From: an uncultured Bdellovibrionales bacterium
GTDB lineage: Bacteria > Bdellovibrionota > UBA1018 > CAIPTA01
Direction: 5' to 3'
Length of the DNA stretch: 64,000 nt
Assembly: GCA_964551325.1 (NCBI GenBank)
Contig: CAZKBU010000008.1
Coordinates: forward strand, 82 to 64,081
A program made the position numbers and the translations under genes. The notes below the pieces were generated by a model. It was not told the DNA's origin. It did not search any database and worked only from the letters and a program-made list of their open reading frames with translations. Below, in pieces: positions 42,136 to 50,515 of the stretch; the first letter of the stretch is position 1, and each line of letters opens with the position of its first letter.

Positions 42136-43176
42136 TCAGCGGGTAAATCGATGGATCGCAAAGGTTGCCAGCCAATGCTCCCCGCCATAACCGGAATCAA
42201 ACATCTTTTCGAGGCCAAGCGAAGTCATCCGGCGGGAGGCCTGCAGGAGTTGTTCGCGACGAGCGTCTCCGGTCGGAAGATTCTCCGCGATTCTTTCAAA
42301 ATTTCCACTTTTGGAAAATAGAAGTCCGATGAGGTGTCCAAGATATGGGTCGTGAGGATCGGAGGGCATCACTGGCTCCAACGCTTTTTTCGTGAGGCGA
42401 GGCAGGAATGCTTGTAGCCACTTTCCATATTCCTTCGGCGGCATCACGTCGGCCATAAGCGCCGCCTCCATGAAGCACGGCGAGACAAAATCCATTGAAC
42501 CAGGCTCGTAGTCGATCGGACAGTTTTTATCCCCCCCAAAGAGGCGACGAGCGTGTTTCACCACGAATGCGTCGAGTTCCGTGTGGCCCGTGGTGCGAGC
42601 CCAGGATAAAACGTGGGCCAGTGAGTAGGCGGTATTGAGGTGCATGGGTTCCCGATCGGGGCCCGTGAGCGTCGGAAGCCAAGCCTGAAGACGAGCAATG
42701 ATCAGTTTTTCGAGAGGCTCTAACCCCTTCAGCCAATCCTTCGCCCCAGGTAAATCGCTCTGACGAAGCTCCGCCGTGAGGCGCAGAAACCAACCCCAGC
42801 CGTAGGGACTTTCAAAGTGCTTGAATTTTTCGAAGTGTGGAAGCTCTCCCTTCAAGGCATCGGCCTGAAGTTTCTTCGTCAATAGGTCGATCACCTTGGA
42901 ACGGCTAGGGAGATCAGGAAACTCTCTCGCCACTCGGGCCATGGCCCAATGACCGTGGACGGCGGAATGCCAGTCGTAGCAGCCAAAAAAGACCGGATGG
43001 ATTTCACGGGGGGTTTTGCTCGGATAGAACCGCTCCCAATGGTTGGGAAACTCCTTGTCGACGCAGGCGAGCGACATCTGCACGAGCTTCTCCGCCAGAT
43101 CCCTGCCCCAAACGGGTGCGGCGGCGTTCGCGCCCGTCATCCATAGTATTCCTACACAAATGAACCATTGTTTCAT
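42136..43176 (-). CDS. DUF2891-family protein
   Basis: Signal peptide from ATG 43176 (MKQWFICVGILWMTGANA). ...HPVFFGCYDWHSAVHGHWAMARV... matches the DUF2891 signature. Confidence 0.6.
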   Translation of the reverse strand: MKQWFICVGILWMTGANAAAPVWGRDLAEKLVQMSLACVDKEFPNHWERFYPSKTPREIHPVFFGCYDWHSAVHGHWAMARVAREFPDLPSRSKVIDLLTKKLQADALKGELPHFEKFKHFESPYGWGWFLRLTAELRQSDLPGAKDWLKGLEPLEKLIIARLQAWLPTLTGPDREPMHLNTAYSLAHVLSWARTTGHTELDAFVVKHARRLFGGDKNCPIDYEPGSMDFVSPCFMEAALMADVMPPKEYGKWLQAFLPRLTKKALEPVMPSDPHDPYLGHLIGLLFSKSGNFERIAENLPTGDARREQLLQASRRMTSLGLEKMFDSGYGGEHWLATFAIHRFTR

Positions 43177-43237
43177 GCCCTCCACGATACCTGGAAATTC
43201 TCTTGCGAGCACCGTGAACCCTTGGGAACATAGCCTC

Positions 43238-43873
43238 ATGAGCAAAAATGAAGTGCCGCACTACGATTTTTCCGTTTTAGACACGATCAAGTCCGGATTT
43301 GAGCTTTTCGCAAAGAATCCCGGCATCTTTATCGCCTATCTGGTGATTGGATGGGTGGTGAGCTGGGTGGTGGGACACATTCCTTTTCTAGGCCCGCCGA
43401 TGGGACTGCTTATTGGAATCATCCATGCTCTCGGATTCTATACCTTGATTCACCGGGCTCACGAGCGCGGAGTGGTGAAACTGGAAGAGTGTCTGGATGC
43501 GATGGAACTTTTTGGACAAGCGGCGCTGGCGAGCACCGTAAAGATCTGTTTGATTTTTCTCGGCTGCTTGGCTTTGCTCCTCCCGGGGCTCTACCTTTGG
43601 GTGGCGTATTCGTTCATGATGCCGGTGCTGGTGGTGGAGAAGTGGAAGTTCTGGGATGCCCTGGAACAGAGCCGCCGACTGGTTACGAAGCGGTGGTTCA
43701 AGGTGGCGCTCTTCTGGGTTGCGATTATCTGCTTCAATATGCTTGGATTTTTGGCGCTGGGGATCGGCCTCTTGATCACGGTGCCCACGAGCTATGCAGC
43801 GCTGTATCTCCTTTATAGGGACGTGCGCAGGCAGACATTGGCGCCTGCGGCGATTGAGCCGATTGTCCTTTAA
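43238..43873 (+). CDS. polytopic membrane protein (DUF975-like?)
   Basis: ATG 43238. 4-5 hydrophobic helices. No catalytic motif recognised. Confidence 0.4.
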   Translation: MSKNEVPHYDFSVLDTIKSGFELFAKNPGIFIAYLVIGWVVSWVVGHIPFLGPPMGLLIGIIHALGFYTLIHRAHERGVVKLEECLDAMELFGQAALASTVKICLIFLGCLALLLPGLYLWVAYSFMMPVLVVEKWKFWDALEQSRRLVTKRWFKVALFWVAIICFNMLGFLALGIGLLITVPTSYAALYLLYRDVRRQTLAPAAIEPIVL

Positions 43874-43897
43874 ATGCGCGACGGAGAGTAGGATCTG

Positions 43898-44344
43898 ATG
43901 GCCGGTCTATTTCTAATGGCATTTTTTGTTGGTTCGCTCGGGGTCTTCCAAAACACCGTCAACAAGCTCATCTCCGACGATTGGGGCCTTCCCCTCGCCC
44001 TCGTGGCCAACGGCGTGGTGCTCCTGGCGGCAAGCCTCATCCTTTTCGTCGCCCTCAAGTTCGTGCCTGAGGAGTCGCTTCATCCCATTTTTCGCACCCG
44101 CACTCAGTTAACGGGACTCTCCTGGATTCACCTTCTCCCGGGCCTCTTCGGCCTCACCGTGATCACCCTCATCCCCTATTCCATCGACCGCATGGGTGCC
44201 ACCCGCGTGTTCATCGCCCTCGTGGCGGCGCAAATCGTGGCGAGCATGGCTTGGGATAAGTTCACTACCGACGCCACCCTCTCGCCCATGCGAATTTTCG
44301 GAGCCGTGCTCACTTTTCTGGGAGCTCTTCTAGCTGCCCGATGA
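43898..44344 (+). CDS. DMT-superfamily small membrane protein (YdcZ/DUF606-like)
   Basis: 148 aa, 5 TM helices. N-terminal ...GSLGVFQNTVNKLIS... follows the DUF606 pattern. Confidence 0.55.
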   Translation: MAGLFLMAFFVGSLGVFQNTVNKLISDDWGLPLALVANGVVLLAASLILFVALKFVPEESLHPIFRTRTQLTGLSWIHLLPGLFGLTVITLIPYSIDRMGATRVFIALVAAQIVASMAWDKFTTDATLSPMRIFGAVLTFLGALLAAR

Positions 44345-44739
44345 AGGTAGACGTAATGCTCCAAAACGGTGAGCTCGCGGCGTCCGACGGATCCACGATC
44401 CGTGATGATGCTTTTCTCCCCTGGAGGGATTCTTCCGTAGAGCTGCTGTGTTTTCCGGAAACTCTCGCTCAGGTACGGATGGATCAGCTCTACATGCTTT
44501 TGAGCGAAGCACGCAGAGTCGTAAAAAAAGACGGCGTTTTGCAAATCCGTGGACCAGCCCCCAGCCGAGTGCCTTGGAAAGGCGTGATCCATAGTCTCAT
44601 TGGCTCGGCGTCACGACTCGTCTTTCCGGAACACTATCTATCGCCTGAGCACTGGGAAGAGATCTCCCGCACCGAAACGCCCAAAGGACTGATCACCCAA
44701 CTGTCGGCGGACTACCGCAGAACTTCTTTTCCCGCTTAA
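44341..44739 (+). CDS. methyltransferase-like protein lacking motif I
   Basis: ATGA overlap with the upstream gene. ...LPWRDSSVELLCFPETLAQV..LYMLLSEARRVVKKDGVLQIRGP resembles the distal half of class I SAM-MTases (Methyltransf_11). No GxGxG motif is present. Confidence 0.4.
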   Translation: MKVDVMLQNGELAASDGSTIRDDAFLPWRDSSVELLCFPETLAQVRMDQLYMLLSEARRVVKKDGVLQIRGPAPSRVPWKGVIHSLIGSASRLVFPEHYLSPEHWEEISRTETPKGLITQLSADYRRTSFPA

Positions 44740-46501
44740 GTAATCGACGCCACTGGCGAAGTTCTTCTCGATCCGCGCCTGTGGGTTCCCGTGAGCCAAA
44801 CCGCAACTCCCAGTAGCGCGCCATCCAAGCAGAATCGCTCCCCACTTCACGCTCAAACGCCGTTCGTTCATCCGCTAACTGCGCGCGCACCGACCTTCCC
44901 ATCCTTATCCATCCAATTCGAGCAAGCATCGCTCCCCACCAGAGAATCACAATCACCCCCCCAAGGATCATCACCAGCAGCACTGCGCGCCAGGCGAATT
45001 CCTTCGACGAGATTTCGCGCGGATGAAAGTCGAGTACCCACCGGTACCAAAGGCTATTGAGCTGATCCAAAAGATCCTCAAACTCACCGAACGGGGAGTC
45101 TTCCACGAGAATCACGGGAGTGGGGTCGAACTCCTTCCATTCCTTTCCGTTCCAAAACTCCAGCCAAGCGTGAGAGTCGCGTCCCTTCACCTCTAAGAGC
45201 CCCTCTTCCGGCGCCCGCAAGGGACGAAAGCCAACGACGAGGCGGGACGGCACGCCCATCTTTCGAAGTAAAACCGCGGCTGCCGTGGCGAACATTTCAC
45301 AATGTCCCGCTCGCGACTGAAATAGAAAGTGATCGAGCGGATCGCGACCAAGCGGGGCCGTATCGGTGGCCCGAAGCTGCGCCGTGAATCCTCGCCGGAA
45401 AAATGAGGACACGGAAAGCACTTTCGCCTCCGCGGTTGTGGCACCTCGAGAAAGCTGCCGAGCAAGATCAATCTGCCTGCTGGAGGCTTCCGTCTCACGA
45501 TGTACCTCTCGTGGCGGATCGCTCAACGGAGCTCGGTTCGACGAAAGCTGAAACCGATACTCTGCTCTACTGCGTCCGGGATTGAACTCCACCCACTCTC
45601 CCGTGGCTTGGCGCTTTGATCGCGCCCCCGCGAGTTCCACCTGAAAGGCACCGTAGGGAACGGGAAGAATGTCACTGCCGATAGATTCGCGGGTTGCCAA
45701 CACAGGCACTCCGCCCTCATCGCTCGATTCATCTGAGAGCGCCGGATACTTCACGCCGGGACGCCAGCGGCTACCGTCGAATTTTTCCAGGACTTTTCCG
45801 CGAATCAGGCGCCACTGATCCGCGCTGAAATCGGCGCTCATCGGCCAGGAGAACCGCATGAGTACCCGTGGATTGTCCTGTAGCTGGGTGATATTCCAAT
45901 CGGAAAATCGCACCTCTTCGGTATAGCCCACGTCGACTCGCCGCGAGTCCGCGAGAAAGCTCCAGTTTGTTCTCGGAAGAAATGGAAAAATAGCGGCGGC
46001 CACGAGAAGAGCTCCCAGCGAAAGAAATATTCCAGGGCTCACGGTTTCGGAAACCGGCGTGGTGTGGCCATGAGCGGCTGCGTCGCTCTCCCGCTGCAGA
46101 CGAATGCCGAGCACTGAACCTACAAAAAGAAATACCAGCGCCAGTGCGAAGTGATGCACTCCTGGCGACAAAGACACTGCGATCAAAAGGTCGAGAAACG
46201 CCAATCCGATTCGCCAGTAGCGATAGTTCCAGGGTTGACTGCTGGCCCATAGGAGGCCGTGAAAACACGCCACCCCGTGGGCCGCAAGGAGCACGGGCGG
46301 AGTATCCTTCCGGAACCAAACGGTGGCCGCGCCCAGAACCACACATCCCAATGCTCCGAGCAGGATCCGTGGCGGCAACCGCCATAGCAGGGAAATGATC
46401 AAGGGAATGAAGAGGGCTGGGTAGAAAACTTTTACGTTCAGCTCACCGGAGGTAGTCAGTGCTGCGAGACCGAGAAGTTCGAGAATCAGAAGGAGCTTCA
46501 C
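44693..46501 (-). CDS. transglutaminase-domain membrane protein (TgpA-like)
   Basis: GTG 46501 in a GTGA overlap with the DUF58 gene. N-terminal multi-TM region. Transglutaminase core GHCEMFATAAAVLLRKMGVPSRLVVGF. Confidence 0.8.
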   Translation of the reverse strand: MKLLLILELLGLAALTTSGELNVKVFYPALFIPLIISLLWRLPPRILLGALGCVVLGAATVWFRKDTPPVLLAAHGVACFHGLLWASSQPWNYRYWRIGLAFLDLLIAVSLSPGVHHFALALVFLFVGSVLGIRLQRESDAAAHGHTTPVSETVSPGIFLSLGALLVAAAIFPFLPRTNWSFLADSRRVDVGYTEEVRFSDWNITQLQDNPRVLMRFSWPMSADFSADQWRLIRGKVLEKFDGSRWRPGVKYPALSDESSDEGGVPVLATRESIGSDILPVPYGAFQVELAGARSKRQATGEWVEFNPGRSRAEYRFQLSSNRAPLSDPPREVHRETEASSRQIDLARQLSRGATTAEAKVLSVSSFFRRGFTAQLRATDTAPLGRDPLDHFLFQSRAGHCEMFATAAAVLLRKMGVPSRLVVGFRPLRAPEEGLLEVKGRDSHAWLEFWNGKEWKEFDPTPVILVEDSPFGEFEDLLDQLNSLWYRWVLDFHPREISSKEFAWRAVLLVMILGGVIVILWWGAMLARIGWIRMGRSVRAQLADERTAFEREVGSDSAWMARYWELRFGSREPTGADREELRQWRRLLKREKKFCGSPPTVG

Positions 46502-47391
46502 GGCCTCTCCAGTGCGAGCCAGTTCAGAGCTTTCACTCGCCCGTCTACTTCGTGCCTCCCGTTGGCCTGAATCACTACGAGACGCACGGCGGGTGACTCT
46601 CGCCGGTAAAATGCACCGGCAGCTCGCGCCACCTCGCGCTCCCATTCGTCGTGATCGGAACAACGGCGCAGCTCCACGGCCTCGCAGCTCAGGCCCTTTC
46701 CTCTCACCCGTCCCATCCATCTCTGAGAGCGTGCGGAAAGTGGCCCGTGCACGAGACGAAAATCATCGTCCCATCCGAGTTCCCTCACTTCGCCTTCCAC
46801 AATTTCTCCGGAACCCGATCGCCCGATGGATTCGGCCGCCTCCTTTGGTGTCAAAGCCCGCGGCCACACCAAACGGGAACCTTCGCCTCCTAGAAATCTG
46901 ATCTTTTTCCCGAGCCCGAAGGGAAATGAGGTGGCCACATACATTCGATCCCACTTCCATTCCCCGCGACGCGCAGCCACGAGAACTCCACGGCAGGCTA
47001 ACTGGGTCCCTCCCTCCAGCACGGGCAGCCAACCGCCCGTCACCAGCGATCCAGCCCTCAGAACTCCCACCTCCAACCCGAACACGGGCAGGCGCGATTG
47101 GTTTTTCACGAGGAATACATCGGGCATCGTTTCTCCGGCGCGCGCCTGACCGCGCTGCCAGACCAATGAAATGTTTTTCACGATGTGCTCGGAGATCAAT
47201 CCAGACACCACCATCACACCGAGCAGGAGACTTTCCATGAGGTAGATCACGTTGTTTCCGGAGCTAACGGCGGCGAGGCCCACGAGGATTGTGAAAGCTA
47301 CGTACCACTTTCCGCCGGTGGACAACTCCAGCTTACGATCAGCGGGGCGGAACCACATGGCGAATCCAATCTTCCACCTGAGGACGGCCAA
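46498..47391 (-). CDS. DUF58-domain protein
   Basis: Sits between the MoxR and transglutaminase genes. N-terminal TM pair (...WYVAFTILVGLAAVSSGNNVIYLMESLLLGVMVV...). The start is either TTG 47391 or ATG 47358. Confidence 0.7.
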   Translation of the reverse strand: MAVLRWKIGFAMWFRPADRKLELSTGGKWYVAFTILVGLAAVSSGNNVIYLMESLLLGVMVVSGLISEHIVKNISLVWQRGQARAGETMPDVFLVKNQSRLPVFGLEVGVLRAGSLVTGGWLPVLEGGTQLACRGVLVAARRGEWKWDRMYVATSFPFGLGKKIRFLGGEGSRLVWPRALTPKEAAESIGRSGSGEIVEGEVRELGWDDDFRLVHGPLSARSQRWMGRVRGKGLSCEAVELRRCSDHDEWEREVARAAGAFYRRESPAVRLVVIQANGRHEVDGRVKALNWLALERP

Positions 47392-48256
47392 GCCCTCCCG
47401 AACTCACTCGGTGGAGAAAAACATCGGTAGCAAGGTCGCTGATGTCCTGAGGGATCACAAAATCCCGGCCCTGCAAATAAGCCCACGCTCGTGCCGCCTT
47501 CAACAGGTCCACGCCCGCACGCACCGAAGCTCCCGCCTGCACGCCGGCCGCAACCCGAGTGGCTTCCACGAGTGCGCGCACATAGCCGAGAATGGAACTC
47601 TCCACATGAACGCGCTCCACTTCCGCCTGCACCGCGCGAAGTTCTTCCAACGAAAGCACCGGCCTCGCCACGCTGGCCGCTGTGCCTCGCTCGAGATTTC
47701 TTCGATACACTTCTGTTTCCGCCTCGGCGCTCGGGTGCCCGAGTTTCACTTGAAGCATGAAACGATCGCGCTGAGCTTCTGTGAGAGGATACACACCGGA
47801 AAACTCCTCCGGGTTTTGCGTGGCCACCACGAAGAAAGGGCTCGGCAGAGGATGCGATACCCCGTCAACAGTGACCTGGCCTTCGGCCATTGCTTCCAGG
47901 AGCGCGGTTTGAGTTTTGGCGCTTGTGCGATTGAGTTCGTCGGCCAAGACCACGTGGGAAAAGATAGGGCCCTGGCGGAAGTCGAGCTCACTCGACCGAG
48001 GATTCAAGCGGAGTACTCCCAGAATATCGCTCGGAAGGAGGTCGCTCGTCATTTGCACGCGACGAAAGGTTCCGCCGAACGACCCGGCCAACGCCTCGGC
48101 TAACGTTGTTTTCCCCACACCGGGAGGCCCTTCAATGAGAAGGTGCCCTCCGCCGAGGAAACACGCCAGGGCGCGGTCCACTACGGCCGGTTGCCCGGTA
48201 AGCGCCTGATTGAGATGGTCTCGCAGCTTCTTTGCCGCTTCTCGGGCCTGGGTCAC
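47339..48256 (-). CDS. MoxR-family AAA+ ATPase
   Basis: Walker A LIEGPPGVGKTTLAEALA and Walker B VVLADELNR. Typical ~305-aa size. Confidence 0.9.
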   Translation of the reverse strand: MTQAREAAKKLRDHLNQALTGQPAVVDRALACFLGGGHLLIEGPPGVGKTTLAEALAGSFGGTFRRVQMTSDLLPSDILGVLRLNPRSSELDFRQGPIFSHVVLADELNRTSAKTQTALLEAMAEGQVTVDGVSHPLPSPFFVVATQNPEEFSGVYPLTEAQRDRFMLQVKLGHPSAEAETEVYRRNLERGTAASVARPVLSLEELRAVQAEVERVHVESSILGYVRALVEATRVAAGVQAGASVRAGVDLLKAARAWAYLQGRDFVIPQDISDLATDVFLHRVSSGGLGRPQVEDWIRHVVPPR

Positions 48257-48317
48257 ATTCGCCTCCGAACAGGCTTATCGGCAGGCGGAGTTAGTTCGAA
48301 TACCTGCTGGCGTGTGC

Positions 48318-50000
48318 CTAAGAAGTCTGCTCCAAGATTCGCTTCGTGAGAGAGCGATGACCTTCGTCGGGATGGAGAAAACCGGCCAATCCGCGCGCAA
48401 TCCAGCGACGCGCCCGCTCCCGGGCGAGGTCGGTGCCAAGATGCTGGGCGAACTCGAGAAAGAGCGACGCCGCATAAACACGGGCCACCGAGTAGGCAAA
48501 CCGGCGGGCCGCCGCCTGTTGGAAGTCGCCGCCTCTTCCAGCGGAATCTTCAGCGAAAGATCGGAGTTCTCCCAAGGCGGATTTCACGCGCGCCACTTCC
48601 CCTGCGAGGGAAGGCTCCGTCACCAGCGAGAGGCGCTCCGTCACATCCTTTATAAACGGCGGAAACGCGCCCTCCTTTTCCATCGCCCGGAGCACATCGA
48701 GACTGAGCACGTTCGTGGTGCCCTCCCAAATCGAAAACACCTGGGCTTCACGAAGCAATCGGGGAATTCCCGTGTCTTCGCAGTAACCGGCACCGCCGAA
48801 AATCTCCACGCACTCACTCGTGATCGCCATGGCGCTCTTTCCCGTGTAGAGCTTGGCGATCGGCGTGAGCATACGAAGAAGAGCGCTCTCCTCGGGTGTG
48901 GCCGCGCCGGTTTCGTCGCGTCCGAGGAGCTCACCGAGACGGAAGGTGAGAAGGAAATTTCCCTCAAACTCCACCCAGAGATCAGCCAGTGTTTCTGCGT
49001 GAAGCGGAAGTTCCGTGAGCGCATGGCCGAAGGCACGGCGACGGTGTGAATAGTCGTGGGCCAGAGCCAGGGAGCGGCGAGCATTGGCCATCGCACAAAC
49101 GGAGTTGTAAACGCGGGTGATATTAAAGAGCGACGAGATCTTTCTCACGCCGTGTCCCTCGCCGCCTACCAAGCGCGCCCGAGTGCCGTTCAAGGTGAGC
49201 TCCGCCGTGGGCAGCGCGCGGGTGCCGAGCTTATCCTTGAGGCGATGAACCTCCACACCGTTGAGACGCCCCTGGGAGTCGCGCAGCTCGAGATAAAACA
49301 AACTCAAGCCGCGCGAGCCTTCCGGCGCTCCTTCGATGCGAGCGAGCGTCATCGCCATCGGCGCCGTGGTGGCACTCGTAAACCATTTGCTGCCGTTGAG
49401 GGAGAAATTTCCGTCACTGAGCGATTTGGCCACGGTTGCGGTGCCGCTCACGTCTGATCCGCCGCTCTTCTCCGTCATCCACTGGCCCGACGTCCAAAAC
49501 TCCTTCGGGTTTCGGCTCGTTAGGTGACGAAAGGCCCGCTGCTTAAGCTCTTCGTCGCCGTAGAGCTCGATCGCGCGGGCGGCACCGTCGGTCATTGCGA
49601 GCGGGCAGGAAAAAATCGCGCTCGACGGACTGTAGAGATAGAGCTTCGCAAACTGCACCAAACGCGACAGGGCGCCGAACTTCCGTTCATAACCGGTGGC
49701 CACGATGCCTTCCTCGGCGGCAATGTCTTGCAGGCGATTCCACGCAGAACTTACACTCACCTCGTCGATCCGTCGCCCCCAGGGATCAAAGCAGTTCAAA
49801 ACCGGCGGCACTGTTTCACATTGATCGGCCAATGGAATCATTTCGCCTATAACTCGGGCACCAAAGCGCCGGAGATCCGGCTCCACTTCCGCGAGCGCTG
49901 GGCGCGGGAGCCGCCACGCAAGGAACTCTCGCAGCACCCGATCCGATTCATACTGATTGGAAAGACGAGGACCATCCTGAAAAAATTCGTGCGTTGCCAT
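48318..50000 (-). CDS. acyl-CoA dehydrogenase family protein (AidB-like)
   Basis: ~560 aa. ...LTEKSGGSDVSG... and the C-terminal ...CVEIFGGAGYCEDTGIPRLLREAQVFSIWEGTTNV... are ACAD motifs. The extended N and C termini resemble AidB. Confidence 0.75.
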   Translation of the reverse strand: MATHEFFQDGPRLSNQYESDRVLREFLAWRLPRPALAEVEPDLRRFGARVIGEMIPLADQCETVPPVLNCFDPWGRRIDEVSVSSAWNRLQDIAAEEGIVATGYERKFGALSRLVQFAKLYLYSPSSAIFSCPLAMTDGAARAIELYGDEELKQRAFRHLTSRNPKEFWTSGQWMTEKSGGSDVSGTATVAKSLSDGNFSLNGSKWFTSATTAPMAMTLARIEGAPEGSRGLSLFYLELRDSQGRLNGVEVHRLKDKLGTRALPTAELTLNGTRARLVGGEGHGVRKISSLFNITRVYNSVCAMANARRSLALAHDYSHRRRAFGHALTELPLHAETLADLWVEFEGNFLLTFRLGELLGRDETGAATPEESALLRMLTPIAKLYTGKSAMAITSECVEIFGGAGYCEDTGIPRLLREAQVFSIWEGTTNVLSLDVLRAMEKEGAFPPFIKDVTERLSLVTEPSLAGEVARVKSALGELRSFAEDSAGRGGDFQQAAARRFAYSVARVYAASLFLEFAQHLGTDLARERARRWIARGLAGFLHPDEGHRSLTKRILEQTS

Positions 50001-50151
50001 GGCTACAGTGTAACCCGACCTGGATTTCTCCGAGCGAGGCAATTTTTCTCGCTCTTTGCCATATCCGACGGTTACACTGCTTCCGTTACGCGTGGTTTCC
50101 CTGGTTTTGGTCCGAGGAAATGACCGTGTTCTTAAACAGGGAGACTGAACA

Positions 50152-50487
50152 ATGGGAAAGAAGCTTTACGTAGGGAATCTCTCGTATTCCACCTCCGACT
50201 CGAGCCTCACGGAAGTATTCACGCAGGCCGGCCAAGTGGCATCCGCCCGCGTGATCATGGACCGAGAGAGCGGACGGAGCAAAGGTTTCGCGTTCGTGGA
50301 GATGGCCACTGATGAAGACGCCGCTAACGCACTAAAAATGTTCGACGGACAAGTGGTCGACGGTCGCCCGATCCGCGTGTCGGAAGCCAAGGATCAAGCT
50401 CCTGGCGGTGGTGGCGGCGGCGGACGCCGTGGCGGATTCGGCGGAGGCGGTGGTGGCGGCGGCTACAATCGCGGTCCGCGGTATTGA
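50152..50487 (+). CDS. RRM-type RNA-binding protein with Gly-rich tail
   Basis: RNP-2 KLYVGNL and RNP-1 KGFAFVEM. C-terminal GGGGGGRRGGFGGGGGGGGYNRG. Confidence 0.9.
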   Translation: MGKKLYVGNLSYSTSDSSLTEVFTQAGQVASARVIMDRESGRSKGFAFVEMATDEDAANALKMFDGQVVDGRPIRVSEAKDQAPGGGGGGGRRGGFGGGGGGGGYNRGPRY

Positions 50488-50494
50488 TTTCTTC

Positions 50495-50515
50495 GGGGCC
50501 CGCAAGGGCCCTTTT
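50495..50515. terminator. bidirectional intrinsic terminator
   Basis: GGGCCC-GCAA-GGGCCC hairpin (50496-50511) followed by TTTT. It sits between the convergent RRM and Fic genes and overlaps the Fic stop codon. Confidence 0.7.

Noticed and set aside
44693-48256. The MoxR AAA+ / DUF58 / transglutaminase operon as a candidate novel system.
   Set aside because: This three-gene arrangement is widespread and already well catalogued in bacteria (Bat/MoxR-type operons). Nothing here deviates from the usual pattern.
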